In this document: positions 55,431-64,000 of the stretch, in pieces | Position numbering within the stretch: the first letter of the stretch is position 1 | How the letters are laid out: the number at the start of each line of letters is the position of its first letter | IMG/VR virus record: IMGVR_UViG_3300012001_000008 | Location: 8,924 to 72,923 of that record | Origin: a virus | Length of the DNA: 64,000 bases | Strand: one strand, 5' to 3' | Notes under the pieces: generated by a model | Databases searched by the model: none | The model's input: only the letters and a program-made list of their open reading frames with translations | What the model was told of the DNA's origin: nothing | Translations under genes and position numbers: made by a program

Positions 55431-56342
55431 CTAAAACTCGTATTTTGTGTCGCCAACCTGTAGGACATTGAGACCGAGGACATCGCGAGCCATTTGGCTT
55501 ACACGCATACGGTCATCTATGACTCCTAAACAGTTGAACTTGCCTTCGATGTGTTCGTTAAACATCTCTAGCTTTACGACATCATCAGGTCTGCCATCTT
55601 TTGTCTCGCGCATAACCAACTTATCGTATTCGACATCGTGGCGGTCTAACCAGTCTTCTGTCTGTGGGCGACAATAGTCTTCGCGTCCACTAAAGATGAA
55701 GATGGTATAAGGGTGCGAATCATTCGCGTGGTTAATGACATTGAGTCCGTCGATAAGAGCCATAACAAATAAGTTAGGGTCATCACTGCCAACCTTAGCA
55801 AAGTCATATGGACTACGCTTCTTGAGGCTTGTATTAGCTGTCAGAGTACCATCAATGTCTACCCATACAGCCCAAGGTAGCCCATCTTTATGCTTGTGGA
55901 ATGTTGGAAGTTCTATGAAGTTATCATGGAACATCTTGCGAATTACTTGTTCACCAACACCATTCTCTCGTGCGGAATCCCTCGCTATGAGTTCTGCCAG
56001 TGGCACATCAAGGAAGTCTTTTTGTTCGACAGTCGCACCAAACTCCCTAGCAATAGCAGAAATGCCAGTAACATGCTTTGGGTTAAGGTTCGTGTCGCTT
56101 GACACAACACTTATACCTCTGCTAAGTACTTCGCGAATAAGACGGTTGCGCTCTTTAAGCACAATCCCCTCATCGCCTCGCTTGTGATTGTATTCGCCAT
56201 CTTTGAATAGGCGCGTGTCTTTTCGGATTTCATCTTTTTCGACCCTCACCCAGCCCTTGTCTTCAAGTGCCTTCGCATGGGTAGTCTTACCTGAGGCAGG
56301 TAGCCCACGCAGGATTAAGACCTTTAGTTTTTTAGTTGCCAT
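55431..56342 (-). CDS. pseT: Polynucleotide 5'-kinase/3'-phosphatase (T4 PseT-like)
   Basis: P-loop GLPASGKTT, DTNL, HAD DIDGTL, SGR, IDDR. Confidence 0.9.
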   Translation of the reverse strand: MATKKLKVLILRGLPASGKTTHAKALEDKGWVRVEKDEIRKDTRLFKDGEYNHKRGDEGIVLKERNRLIREVLSRGISVVSSDTNLNPKHVTGISAIAREFGATVEQKDFLDVPLAELIARDSARENGVGEQVIRKMFHDNFIELPTFHKHKDGLPWAVWVDIDGTLTANTSLKKRSPYDFAKVGSDDPNLFVMALIDGLNVINHANDSHPYTIFIFSGREDYCRPQTEDWLDRHDVEYDKLVMRETKDGRPDDVVKLEMFNEHIEGKFNCLGVIDDRMRVSQMARDVLGLNVLQVGDTKYEF

Positions 56343-56349
56343 TTGATTT

Positions 56350-57630
56350 TTATTTTCCTTCTTCTTCCATGTCGAGAGTTCCCTCAGCCATGTTTTGGTT
56401 ATCGTAGCCCACGAAGGTTGCGCTCTTAGCCTTTAAGGTAAACGGAGCAATCCCTTCGGCGCGAATTACCACGCCCTCGTCACATGGGCTGTCTCTGTCT
56501 AGTGGTACGGCTTGTGGGAAGCCATCTTCTTTGTAACGGTGCATTGTGTCGTGTCCAGCGAAGTCAGCCCAGTCTTCTGGTTTGAAGTCTTTGTACTTAC
56601 CGCGCCATAGTAGTGGGACTACCTTTAGGTCGCGGTCACGGCAGAACTCTACAATTTGGTCATATGTCAGGTCGGCTACAACACCCTCTGGGTTAATTGT
56701 TGCAACACGGTAAACATATAACTCAGCAAGCCCCTGTGGAATCGTATATGTGTACTTGCTCTGCAATGGAGCGCCCTCAGCTGTCCAGCCGATAAGCTCA
56801 CCATAAACCAAGTATCCCTTTGGAATCTTGCCTATGAGCTTCTCACCTTCTGTAGACCAGATGTCTGTGTCGTAGAAGTGAATGTGAGTTGGGTTGTTCT
56901 TGTCTTTGATTACTCGGCGCGAACCATATACATAGTCGTATTCTTTTTCTGTGATAACTGCACCAATCTTCTTGGCGAGCTTGTCCTTCCATGTTAGCTT
57001 GCGAGTAACAATGGTGTTGGCAATACGAATAGATGTTCCGTGCAACTTCTGAGTAACAGTAACGTCAGCATTTTCAGGAATGACATGGCTAGACTTAAAG
57101 TAGTTATCGGTGTCATAGTGCTGTGGCAAGAACTTCTCATCGACACGGCTAAAGATTTTCTTGTTCTTCTCTAGCTGTGTTTGAGCGCGAGTTGCCTTAC
57201 GAATAAACTTCTTACAGATTTCGTGGTCGCCGATACGGTCGAATGTATCACCCTCTTCGAATAATGAGAGGTCAAGCTTCTTAATGTAAGAAAGTGCTTC
57301 CAGTTTGACTACTAGAGCATCAGAACGGTGTCCGCGCAACTTAAGTGAACGAATGTGACGATTGTCTTCTAGGTAGCCAGACTCAGCTTGGTTTTCATTT
57401 TTATCATTGTGACGGTATAAGTTATTCTTGTACGCGAACTCCTCCGACAGTTGAGTGCCTGCGGTAAATACCAATGCAAGGTCACCATAGTCAGAGGACT
57501 TCGCTACAAGGGCTTGGCTTCCCAATACTTGAAGACCCACAAGGTTATCTAAACCTTCTAGAGCCACAGGTTTTGGCAAGCGTACTATCACACCTGCATA
57601 GTCTTTGTTATCTGGTTCAAGTAGTTTCAT
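56350..57630 (-). CDS. ATP-dependent RNA ligase with N-terminal OB-like domain
   Basis: Motif I TQKLHGTS, YGSRR, YGELIG, EGVV, LKAKS; LRGHRS. Confidence 0.85.
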   Translation of the reverse strand: MKLLEPDNKDYAGVIVRLPKPVALEGLDNLVGLQVLGSQALVAKSSDYGDLALVFTAGTQLSEEFAYKNNLYRHNDKNENQAESGYLEDNRHIRSLKLRGHRSDALVVKLEALSYIKKLDLSLFEEGDTFDRIGDHEICKKFIRKATRAQTQLEKNKKIFSRVDEKFLPQHYDTDNYFKSSHVIPENADVTVTQKLHGTSIRIANTIVTRKLTWKDKLAKKIGAVITEKEYDYVYGSRRVIKDKNNPTHIHFYDTDIWSTEGEKLIGKIPKGYLVYGELIGWTAEGAPLQSKYTYTIPQGLAELYVYRVATINPEGVVADLTYDQIVEFCRDRDLKVVPLLWRGKYKDFKPEDWADFAGHDTMHRYKEDGFPQAVPLDRDSPCDEGVVIRAEGIAPFTLKAKSATFVGYDNQNMAEGTLDMEEEGK

Positions 57631-57985
57631 CTGTTTTTATTTCCTTAAATAAGTCGTTTAATTCTGGTTTTGTTTCTTCGTAGAACATGAGAGCCATCGC
57701 GTTCCATGCTACTGCTGCCATGTGGTCTTCACTCCTATCGCCTTCTCTCCATTGGATTAGGTGTCTGAATAGTGAAGCATAAGCTCTGGAAAATGGTTGT
57801 CCCTTTTTCCAGTTATCGTCATCATACTTTTCTGCTCCGCGAGCATATAAGTCGGCGAGGCGACGCAACCCTTCTGTTGGGATTAGGTCGAAGCGCGGTT
57901 TTCCATCTTGGGTATCTCGCACCATTCCAGTTTCGAACTGTTGTCGTTTTCCAGAATCCTTCGTCTTAAACTCTTTCGTTGCCAT
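57617..57985 (-). CDS. dATP/dGTP diphosphohydrolase domain protein (DUF5664)
   Basis: GKPRFDLIP, GAEKYDDDNWKKG, RHL, EDHMAA..WN. Confidence 0.8.
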   Translation of the reverse strand: MATKEFKTKDSGKRQQFETGMVRDTQDGKPRFDLIPTEGLRRLADLYARGAEKYDDDNWKKGQPFSRAYASLFRHLIQWREGDRSEDHMAAVAWNAMALMFYEETKPELNDLFKEIKTDETT

Positions 57986-57991
57986 ACTCTT

Positions 57992-58020
57992 ATTGTAAAG
58001 AATAAAAACAGAAAAAGCAA
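57992..58020 (-). promoter_or_regulatory. Promoter TTGCTT-N17-TACAAT with leaderless start
   Basis: Exact spacing; ATG 6 nt downstream. Confidence 0.7.
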
Positions 58021-58027
58021 GAGCGAT

Positions 58028-58807
58028 TTACGGTCCAGCGTGCCATGAACGACTATTGCCTAACGGAGTGAGGTTCACGACCATCGCCGTGTTAGTCGCT
58101 GGTATCTGTACTGTCTGCCCATTCTTCTCTGTTATGTGGGTAACTGGGACGAACCAATCTATATAATTCTGGAAGCCACACCTACGAATATCAAGGGCAA
58201 GATTAATGTCTGGTCCAAGCCCGTTATCTGAGCTAAAGTCATGTAGCTTGTACAGGTCAGCGCGGATTAAAGCACAGTAAAGCCCGCAAGCATCTATTTC
58301 TTCTACCAATTGAGTACCAACCTTGCTTTCCATCGAGGTAATCTTCTGTGTATTATTGATGTCATCGACACGCCATGCCCCAACATAGGGGATTCCCCAG
58401 CGCCCAAGTTCAGCGCCAGATACAAGTCCTACATTTGGTTGACTCTTAACATCATTTATTAGTGATTCGAGGGCATTAGTCGGCAAGATACCATCATCTT
58501 CAATGGAGAAAATCCAGTCGATGTCATCGCCGATTAGCTTTTTCATTTGATTATGGATAGCACTGATATGCCAGCGACGCTGTGGAATCGTCACGGCTGC
58601 ACCATTATAGTTCTCGCTCTGCACACATAAGACGTTATTTAGGGGTATAGACGCGAGTTTGTTATGAACCTTAACATATAGGTCATTATCGCCGTCAACG
58701 ACCACTAGAAGCGCTGTACGCTCCTCGTAGGACTGATTAAGCAGGGAGTCTAGGACATAATCAAGGTATTTAAGACGACTTACTGGTAGAATTGTTAGTA
58801 TTTTCAT
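58028..58807 (-). CDS. GT-A fold (family 2-like) glycosyltransferase
   Basis: SLLNQ, VVVDG, IEDD, IDACGLYCALI, GPD..L, terminal H. Confidence 0.75.
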   Translation of the reverse strand: MKILTILPVSRLKYLDYVLDSLLNQSYEERTALLVVVDGDNDLYVKVHNKLASIPLNNVLCVQSENYNGAAVTIPQRRWHISAIHNQMKKLIGDDIDWIFSIEDDGILPTNALESLINDVKSQPNVGLVSGAELGRWGIPYVGAWRVDDINNTQKITSMESKVGTQLVEEIDACGLYCALIRADLYKLHDFSSDNGLGPDINLALDIRRCGFQNYIDWFVPVTHITEKNGQTVQIPATNTAMVVNLTPLGNSRSWHAGP

Positions 58808-59435
58808 GTAATTTTATCTTTTTGTATTTTCCGTTATTTATTTCAAGTACTGTTTGGTCGCCGATTGGCGTACCGTCAGCGTATGTTGAGAATGTGTCGA
58901 TACACCATATTCCTGGGTGAACCTGCCAACAAGTTTCGCTAGGTGTGTGTCCAAAGACCTGTGGCATCTGCACATATTCTCCGAAACTAGGACGAACCCA
59001 GATTGGGGAGTTATCTTGCCAGATGTCGCTCATCTCTGTTGTGCCTTCCCAGCCCTTTGCAATACCAGCATGAGAGAACATAATACCATCCTCCTCGTGT
59101 GTAATTGGGAGAGATAGCAACCAAGTGCGAAGATAGTTATTCGCGGGCGAGTTAATGGCAAGCTGTGTAATGGTGTTATAGCCACTTTGAAGTGTTGGTG
59201 TTCTGTTAACATAGATGAAGTCATGGTTGCCAAGCACCATTTTGACCTTATCGGGGAATGTTTGCTGTAGCATATAAAGCTCGTGCCAAGTTTCGATAGA
59301 TTCCAAGCCATCACCACCCCAGTCATCAGCGTAGTCGCCAACGAAAACAACAGCATCATATTTAGGAATGAGCTTTTTCACCTCTTCAATTATCCATTTT
59401 TTGGTGTGTATATCACCGACACAAAGTAGCTTCAA
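58770..59435 (-). CDS. Calcineurin-like metallophosphoesterase
   Basis: GDIH, GDYAD, GNHD, HAG, GHTP. Confidence 0.9.
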   Translation of the reverse strand: MKLLCVGDIHTKKWIIEEVKKLIPKYDAVVFVGDYADDWGGDGLESIETWHELYMLQQTFPDKVKMVLGNHDFIYVNRTPTLQSGYNTITQLAINSPANNYLRTWLLSLPITHEEDGIMFSHAGIAKGWEGTTEMSDIWQDNSPIWVRPSFGEYVQMPQVFGHTPSETCWQVHPGIWCIDTFSTYADGTPIGDQTVLEINNGKYKKIKLHENTNNSTSKSS

Positions 59436-60465
59436 TTAGTTTCTCCCATTTTATTTCTATCTCGTGATTCGAGAACTCCCTATACCCTATATTATAAGCT
59501 TCAACCTTGTCTCCGCGCAAGTCTTTTCTGGCAAGAAAGTCAATTCTCTGTCCTAAAGCTGCGGGATGGACAATATCCATATCAATCCAAGTCCGTGTCA
59601 TAAATCTTCCAGAAGGTGTTGCTGCGACACACCAAAACATTGGTAGTACGGTGTTATTTGGCGATACATTGCTCATAATGACGGGCAATCCAGCGCATAG
59701 CGCCTCTGTCATAGGTAAACACTGTCCGCCATAACGACGCGGAAGAATCATGGCGTCGAAGTCTTTGTATAAATCAACTTCATTCTCTGGACTCGATGTA
59801 TCAATCGTGATGCGAGGGTCATTATAGGTGTTGAGTACTGTTCCCTTTTGCACCTTAATAACAAGTTCGAAGTCCTCACGACTGTAGCGCATAGCCTGAA
59901 TAAGGTCTCCTGTACCGTTTCGGTCATTCATTGCCTGACGACCCATGATGTGTAGGAAGCGCTTTCCGCCTGTGCGACTATAGTTCAACTCGCGTACCGC
60001 ATCAAAATCATCTGTGAACACTGGTGTCGGTAGATACTCTACATTTCCCCATAGGCGACGAGCCTCTTCAAAGTGCCATTTGCTTGGCGAAACGAGCTTA
60101 TCTGGCAATGTTAATTGCGGATTGCGCAGGTAGTCTGCAAACTCCCAGTTAAACTGGTTGATTGTTTTAACGCCCATACGCTTTGCGATGTCTACAAAGT
60201 TCATGTTATAGAAAACCTCACAGGTGATAACAACATCTAGCCCCCTAATCCAGTCCACAATCTGTTGGTCGCTAGGAAAGCCAGCGATGGTTGTCACGCT
60301 ATACTGGGCATACATTTCTGGGTGTTGTTCGTTGCCGTTAAAGCTAGAGCTGTCGATGAGCATAATCTCATCTGGGTGAATCATCCGCGCGAGATTGCGT
60401 GTTTGATTACCAAGCCCCGTGCGGTCACTTCTCGCTATAAGACCAATTCTAATATCTCTCTGCAT
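59413..60465 (-). CDS. GT-B fold (family 4-like) glycosyltransferase
   Basis: TGLG, PSKW, LPRRYGGQCLPMTEALCAGLPVI. Confidence 0.8.
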   Translation of the reverse strand: MQRDIRIGLIARSDRTGLGNQTRNLARMIHPDEIMLIDSSSFNGNEQHPEMYAQYSVTTIAGFPSDQQIVDWIRGLDVVITCEVFYNMNFVDIAKRMGVKTINQFNWEFADYLRNPQLTLPDKLVSPSKWHFEEARRLWGNVEYLPTPVFTDDFDAVRELNYSRTGGKRFLHIMGRQAMNDRNGTGDLIQAMRYSREDFELVIKVQKGTVLNTYNDPRITIDTSSPENEVDLYKDFDAMILPRRYGGQCLPMTEALCAGLPVIMSNVSPNNTVLPMFWCVAATPSGRFMTRTWIDMDIVHPAALGQRIDFLARKDLRGDKVEAYNIGYREFSNHEIEIKWEKLIEATLCR

Positions 60466-61096
60466 AAATCATAGCTCCTCTCGAAGCAGCTCCGAGCGTT
60501 CTTACCTGATGTGTCTCTGATAATTTTTCTACTACAGCACCAAAGCCCTCGCTATCGTGGTCATACTCTATCGCGAAAAACTTAATTCTCGCTTGCAGTT
60601 CTAGCGACATATTCATAATTACATCAACCTCTGAACCTTCTATGTCAGCCTTAAAAATATCAATGTCACCCTCCACATTCACAAGGACGCTATCTATTGT
60701 TGTTACTAACACCTTAGCACCTGCCGTGCCAAGTACACTACTGCCAGCGCCATCCTCGATAGTGCTATAACCATCATAGTCTGAAATAGCTACCTTATGC
60801 ACCTCTACCCTTGATGGGTCTGTCCTTGCGATGTTACTATCGAGAAGTTCGATATTGTTCGGTTCTGGTTCAATAGCAATAACCCTACACTCTGGTGCGT
60901 AGGTCAAACAGTAGGTTGTAAACACGCCAATGTTTGCCCCTAAATCGACTACGACCTTTACGTCGTGCATTCTGTCTGCAATATGATATACATCCTCACA
61001 CCATATCTCCCTCACAACTTCAAGGTCATCTTTCCTATCTGGTCTTACGTTGAGGTATACCGTAGGATTATGGGTTGGGAAAAGTATTGTGTTCAT
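60449..61096 (-). CDS. FkbM-family methyltransferase
   Basis: VDLGANIG.F, IEPEP.N, KADIEGSE. Confidence 0.85.
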   Translation of the reverse strand: MNTILFPTHNPTVYLNVRPDRKDDLEVVREIWCEDVYHIADRMHDVKVVVDLGANIGVFTTYCLTYAPECRVIAIEPEPNNIELLDSNIARTDPSRVEVHKVAISDYDGYSTIEDGAGSSVLGTAGAKVLVTTIDSVLVNVEGDIDIFKADIEGSEVDVIMNMSLELQARIKFFAIEYDHDSEGFGAVVEKLSETHQVRTLGAASRGAMIYAERY

Positions 61097-61099
61097 ATT

Positions 61100-61342
61100 C
61101 TAAGACTTTCTTTCATTATGTTTTGGTATTATACTAAGCTCCATTAGTTCTGCTTCTAGAACGACCCCATCTTCTTCTTTTTTAACAATGTAGCCTGGGG
61201 CGAGTGTGAACATGGTCGGATTTTTCTTCCACAACTCCCATATCTTTTGGGCTTTTACGGTCGGCGCGATAGTAAGCTTTCCAAACACATCGTCCATTTC
61301 TTGGCTAAAGTCAGTCGTAACAACTATTCCTTCATCGTTCAT
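61100..61342 (-). CDS. Hypothetical protein
   Basis: 80-aa ORF, ATGA overlap. Confidence 0.55.
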   Translation of the reverse strand: MNDEGIVVTTDFSQEMDDVFGKLTIAPTVKAQKIWELWKKNPTMFTLAPGYIVKKEEDGVVLEAELMELSIIPKHNERKS

Positions 61343-61872
61343 AGTTTTTCCATCCAGAATCGTATATTATGATTGCTTAATTCTTCCGAGCGAACCTTAA
61401 ACTTACACTTGCTATAGAATCCACTAACTGAACCATAATGAGTGTTTGGGTCGAAGAAGTCCATCGACCTCACATCGAACCCACGAACGTGTGTTGGGTC
61501 AATCCACAGGAAGTCAGCCTTCCACCCTGGTGTCTGCATATATAATGTTCCACCTGGTTTTAGGATGCGGTGACACTCCTCGATGAACTTGATAACACCA
61601 TGCTCCTCGCCAACATATGGCGGTAGGTGTTCAAGAACATCGACTGCCATAATCTCGTGGGCATAGTTATCTTCGAACGGATAAGGAAACTTGATGAGGT
61701 TATGGACAACATCTATTCCTTCTAGCTTAAGCATGTCCACATTAGTCCAACCTTGTTGTGGGTCAGCGCCAGCGCCAAGATTAATGCGCACACGACCTTC
61801 ATCGTATGTAGGCAACTCGCTGCTCAGAGGCTCTGTACGGGACTTTAGACCAAGAAATGCGCCCTCGTCCAT
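61339..61872 (-). CDS. Class I SAM methyltransferase (probably the C-terminal domain of the upstream GT)
   Basis: NLGAG, NVD, VLEHL, RILKPGG, DPTH. Confidence 0.8.
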   Translation of the reverse strand: MDEGAFLGLKSRTEPLSSELPTYDEGRVRINLGAGADPQQGWTNVDMLKLEGIDVVHNLIKFPYPFEDNYAHEIMAVDVLEHLPPYVGEEHGVIKFIEECHRILKPGGTLYMQTPGWKADFLWIDPTHVRGFDVRSMDFFDPNTHYGSVSGFYSKCKFKVRSEELSNHNIRFWMEKL

Positions 61873-61943
61873 TAATTTGTCTAGAAGCTCTTGTAGACGC
61901 TGTACGTAGGTCTGAGAGGAACTTTACGAACTCGTGTCCTGCC

Positions 61944-62810
61944 TTACGAATCTTCTCGCGTTCTTTTGGGGTGGTCTAAATAGTAATTAATCTTTGCATC
62001 AAGCTCTTCGAAATTGCCAAACTCGTAGAAAACGGCATTTACGCCTTCTTCGAAGATGTCAGCAATTCCCTCAATTCGCGGGTAAATTGTAAATGCGCCT
62101 CGTCCGATGCTTTCAAATAAGCGGTCAGAAGTATAGTTCTTGTGCTTGAATCCGATATTAACTGAATCTCCAATAGCAATTTTTGCATTAGCGTATAGTT
62201 GGTTAAGTTCTGTGCCACGGACACTAAGCTGGGGGTATCCGTATTTCTTGTATCTGTTGCCATATTTCTCTCCTAAATGTTTAACTAACTCGTGACGATA
62301 TGGCCACTCAGGGTGTCCGTACTCCGCTCCACCTCCAACGAATATAACATCACCTTGCAGGCGAGGGTCATTGTTTGGCTTGAACATCACACATTCTTTG
62401 TCATAGACCGCTGGTAGCAACCAGTAATGATTGATTCCCCTGCTCTCGAAGAACTTTTGCGACTCGGGGTCTCCGTCGGCACTGAACACATATTCTGTTC
62501 GCCAGAAGGGGTCGCTCTCAATTCCCGACTGTCGAGATAGACCAACATATAGGTCTAGGTGGTATGAAGCTGTTGGGATGCCAATTGCTTTTAGGTAGGC
62601 GAGGTCATCAAGAGTAACCATCTTTCCCCATGTACGCGTGAACAGGAATAAGTCTGTGTCGCGCGGAACAAGGCGTTGACACCAACCTGGCAACGAGTTT
62701 TCTTGCTCCTGAATACGTAAAACCTCATGCCCCATCGCTTCGAGTGTCTTAGCAATATGGTTCTCAGTAGTAAAGTCGATTTTGTAGTTTCCGACGTATG
62801 CTATTTTCAT
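61944..62810 (-). CDS. CgeB-like GT-B glycosyltransferase, frameshifted near its 3' end
   Basis: DVIFVG, R..L, YANAKI, SDRLFE..G.G.F, KINYYL. Confidence 0.8.
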   Translation of the reverse strand: MKIAYVGNYKIDFTTENHIAKTLEAMGHEVLRIQEQENSLPGWCQRLVPRDTDLFLFTRTWGKMVTLDDLAYLKAIGIPTASYHLDLYVGLSRQSGIESDPFWRTEYVFSADGDPESQKFFESRGINHYWLLPAVYDKECVMFKPNNDPRLQGDVIFVGGGAEYGHPEWPYRHELVKHLGEKYGNRYKKYGYPQLSVRGTELNQLYANAKIAIGDSVNIGFKHKNYTSDRLFESIGRGAFTIYPRIEGIADIFEEGVNAVFYEFGNFEELDAKINYYLDHPKRTREDS

Positions 62811-63067
62811 TCTTCTCCCCAGTCTGGTTTAGTCGTTCCAGTTCCGATTAACTTACATTTTTGTGCCAAGTCCATTTGGTCTACAACATTGTCATACTGT
62901 GTAGGCTTTGAGGCGAGGATTTTCTTTTTGAACTCACCTAAGCTCGAACGGCTCGGACTGTTATAGATATTATACGAAATGTACTGGCTTCCACCAACCC
63001 CTACTACAACAGCAGTATCGCTGAGGTAGTAGGTTATTTTACCGCGCTTAACAATTTGGCGGTTCAT
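62807..63067 (-). CDS. Hypothetical protein
   Basis: 86-aa ORF, TAATG coupling. Confidence 0.55.
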   Translation of the reverse strand: MNRQIVKRGKITYYLSDTAVVVGVGGSQYISYNIYNSPSRSSLGEFKKKILASKPTQYDNVVDQMDLAQKCKLIGTGTTKPDWGEE

Positions 63068-63916
63068 TAGACACTCGCTACCGCTGGCTTCACATCGCCA
63101 TCTGCTTTTTTAATAGCGCTTAACTCACTAAACCAACCATTACAGTTAGGGTTATCACATTTGAATCTCTGGTAACGCTGTGTCTTTGTGGCGCGAGTCC
63201 CCTCAAGGTGGTAATTGCTCTGTAGGCAGTGAGGACAAGCAAACTCAAGATTGGCGATACGAATAAGGTTGACGGGTGAACGATACCAAGGGTGAAGCAC
63301 CTCAAATAGGTCAATCGTCAATTTGACATCTTGGTTATTGTAAATAGCCATCTTCTTCATAGCCTTTACTCCATCAGAGCCACCATTAATCGAATCCCAC
63401 CAGAGGTCAGCATGTGTTGTCTGCGTCTTCTGACCATTACCGAGGAAGTCAGACAGGTAGTTCAGACTATTGCTTGGGAAGCGACCAATCTGTTTAGCCA
63501 TAATCTTTGTGTCAAGCTGTTGGTGGGGAACAACAGGAGATAGCCCGTGCTTGATGAAGAACATGTTTGCCATTTTGTCGTCGAATTGCTTGCTATTATG
63601 TCCGATTGTTACATCAACATCTTGCGAATAGCTCCCATAATTCTTTGACCAATAGGTAGTCATCTTTTGGATTTACCTTATAAGTATCAGTGTCTGCTAG
63701 CGTTCGGCAGATAATCTTTGCCTTTTTGCCAATCTCGTAGTTCTTCGCGTAAGAGAATGAGAGCAGAATAGGTTGCTCGACCACTTTGTGTATGTTGGCT
63801 TCCCATATACCGTAACTGTACCCTAAGATTCCTGTACATTCCAAGTCGTATGGCAATAGTTTTGGCGTTCTAACCTCTATCATGCCGATACCATAATCCG
63901 CTTCATTTTGTTTCAT
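63067..63916 (-). pseudogene. RNase H-like DEDDy 3'-5' exonuclease with C-terminal Zn ribbon, split by a 1-nt insertion near 63625
   Basis: YDLE(C)T in ORF 63614..63916; GHNSKQFD, LDT, YNNQDV, CPHC...C in ORF 63067..63663. Confidence 0.75.
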
Positions 63917-63944
63917 GTTTTTGTGTTACCCCTTTATAAGCCCA

Positions 63945-63973
63945 ATTATAATCTACTTATACGAAAAACGCAA
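63945..63973 (-). promoter_or_regulatory. Promoter TTGCGT-N17-TATAAT
   Basis: Variant of the early motif. Confidence 0.7.
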
Positions 63974-64000
63974 GCACTTTCTAACACATTATATAAATAC

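Noticed and set aside
57617-57985. Evidence for a Z-genome or 7-deazaguanine pathway
   Set aside because: No purZ, queC/D/E, folE or dpdA in the window; the diphosphohydrolase alone is insufficient
36500-63630. Frameshifts near 36510, 54363, 61920, 61965 and 63625 as programmed recoding or true pseudogenes
   Set aside because: Each is fixed by deleting one base, mostly in short homopolymers, with no shared slippery motif; assembly error is more likely, pending read check
1-64000. Stop-codon reassignment or prophage status
   Set aside because: Genes tile densely under the standard code using all three stops; no integrase, att site or host genes seen

Overview
A 64-kb stretch of a tailed dsDNA bacteriophage (siphovirus-type), almost entirely encoded on the minus strand. 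From 35 kb down to 2.6 kb is the late region: terminase subunits, portal, a MuF protein fused to an ADP-ribosyltransferase, displaced tail-tip genes, an extra module ending in a ~2000-aa Kelch plus His-repeat fibre, a protease-scaffold-capsid polyprotein, neck, tail tube, tape measure and lysis genes. From 64 kb down to 35 kb are early/accessory genes: a glycosylation/methylation cluster, a five-enzyme tRNA/RNA repair cluster, a ParB-TET/JBP-glycosyltransferase DNA-modification cassette, HNH/NinG nucleases and many small ORFs, punctuated by 11 copies of a TTGTGT-N17-CATAAT promoter. Three promoter-to-terminator units look non-coding: a ~555-nt and a ~305-nt structured RNA, and a ~95-nt RNA exposing the exact complement of the AAGAAAGGCT ribosome-binding motif of several early genes. 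No replication genes, integrase, tRNA or CRISPR array were seen. Several single-base indels break genes and probably reflect assembly error. The host is uncertain; a few hints point to CPR/Saccharibacteria. All calls are by eye, without database searches.
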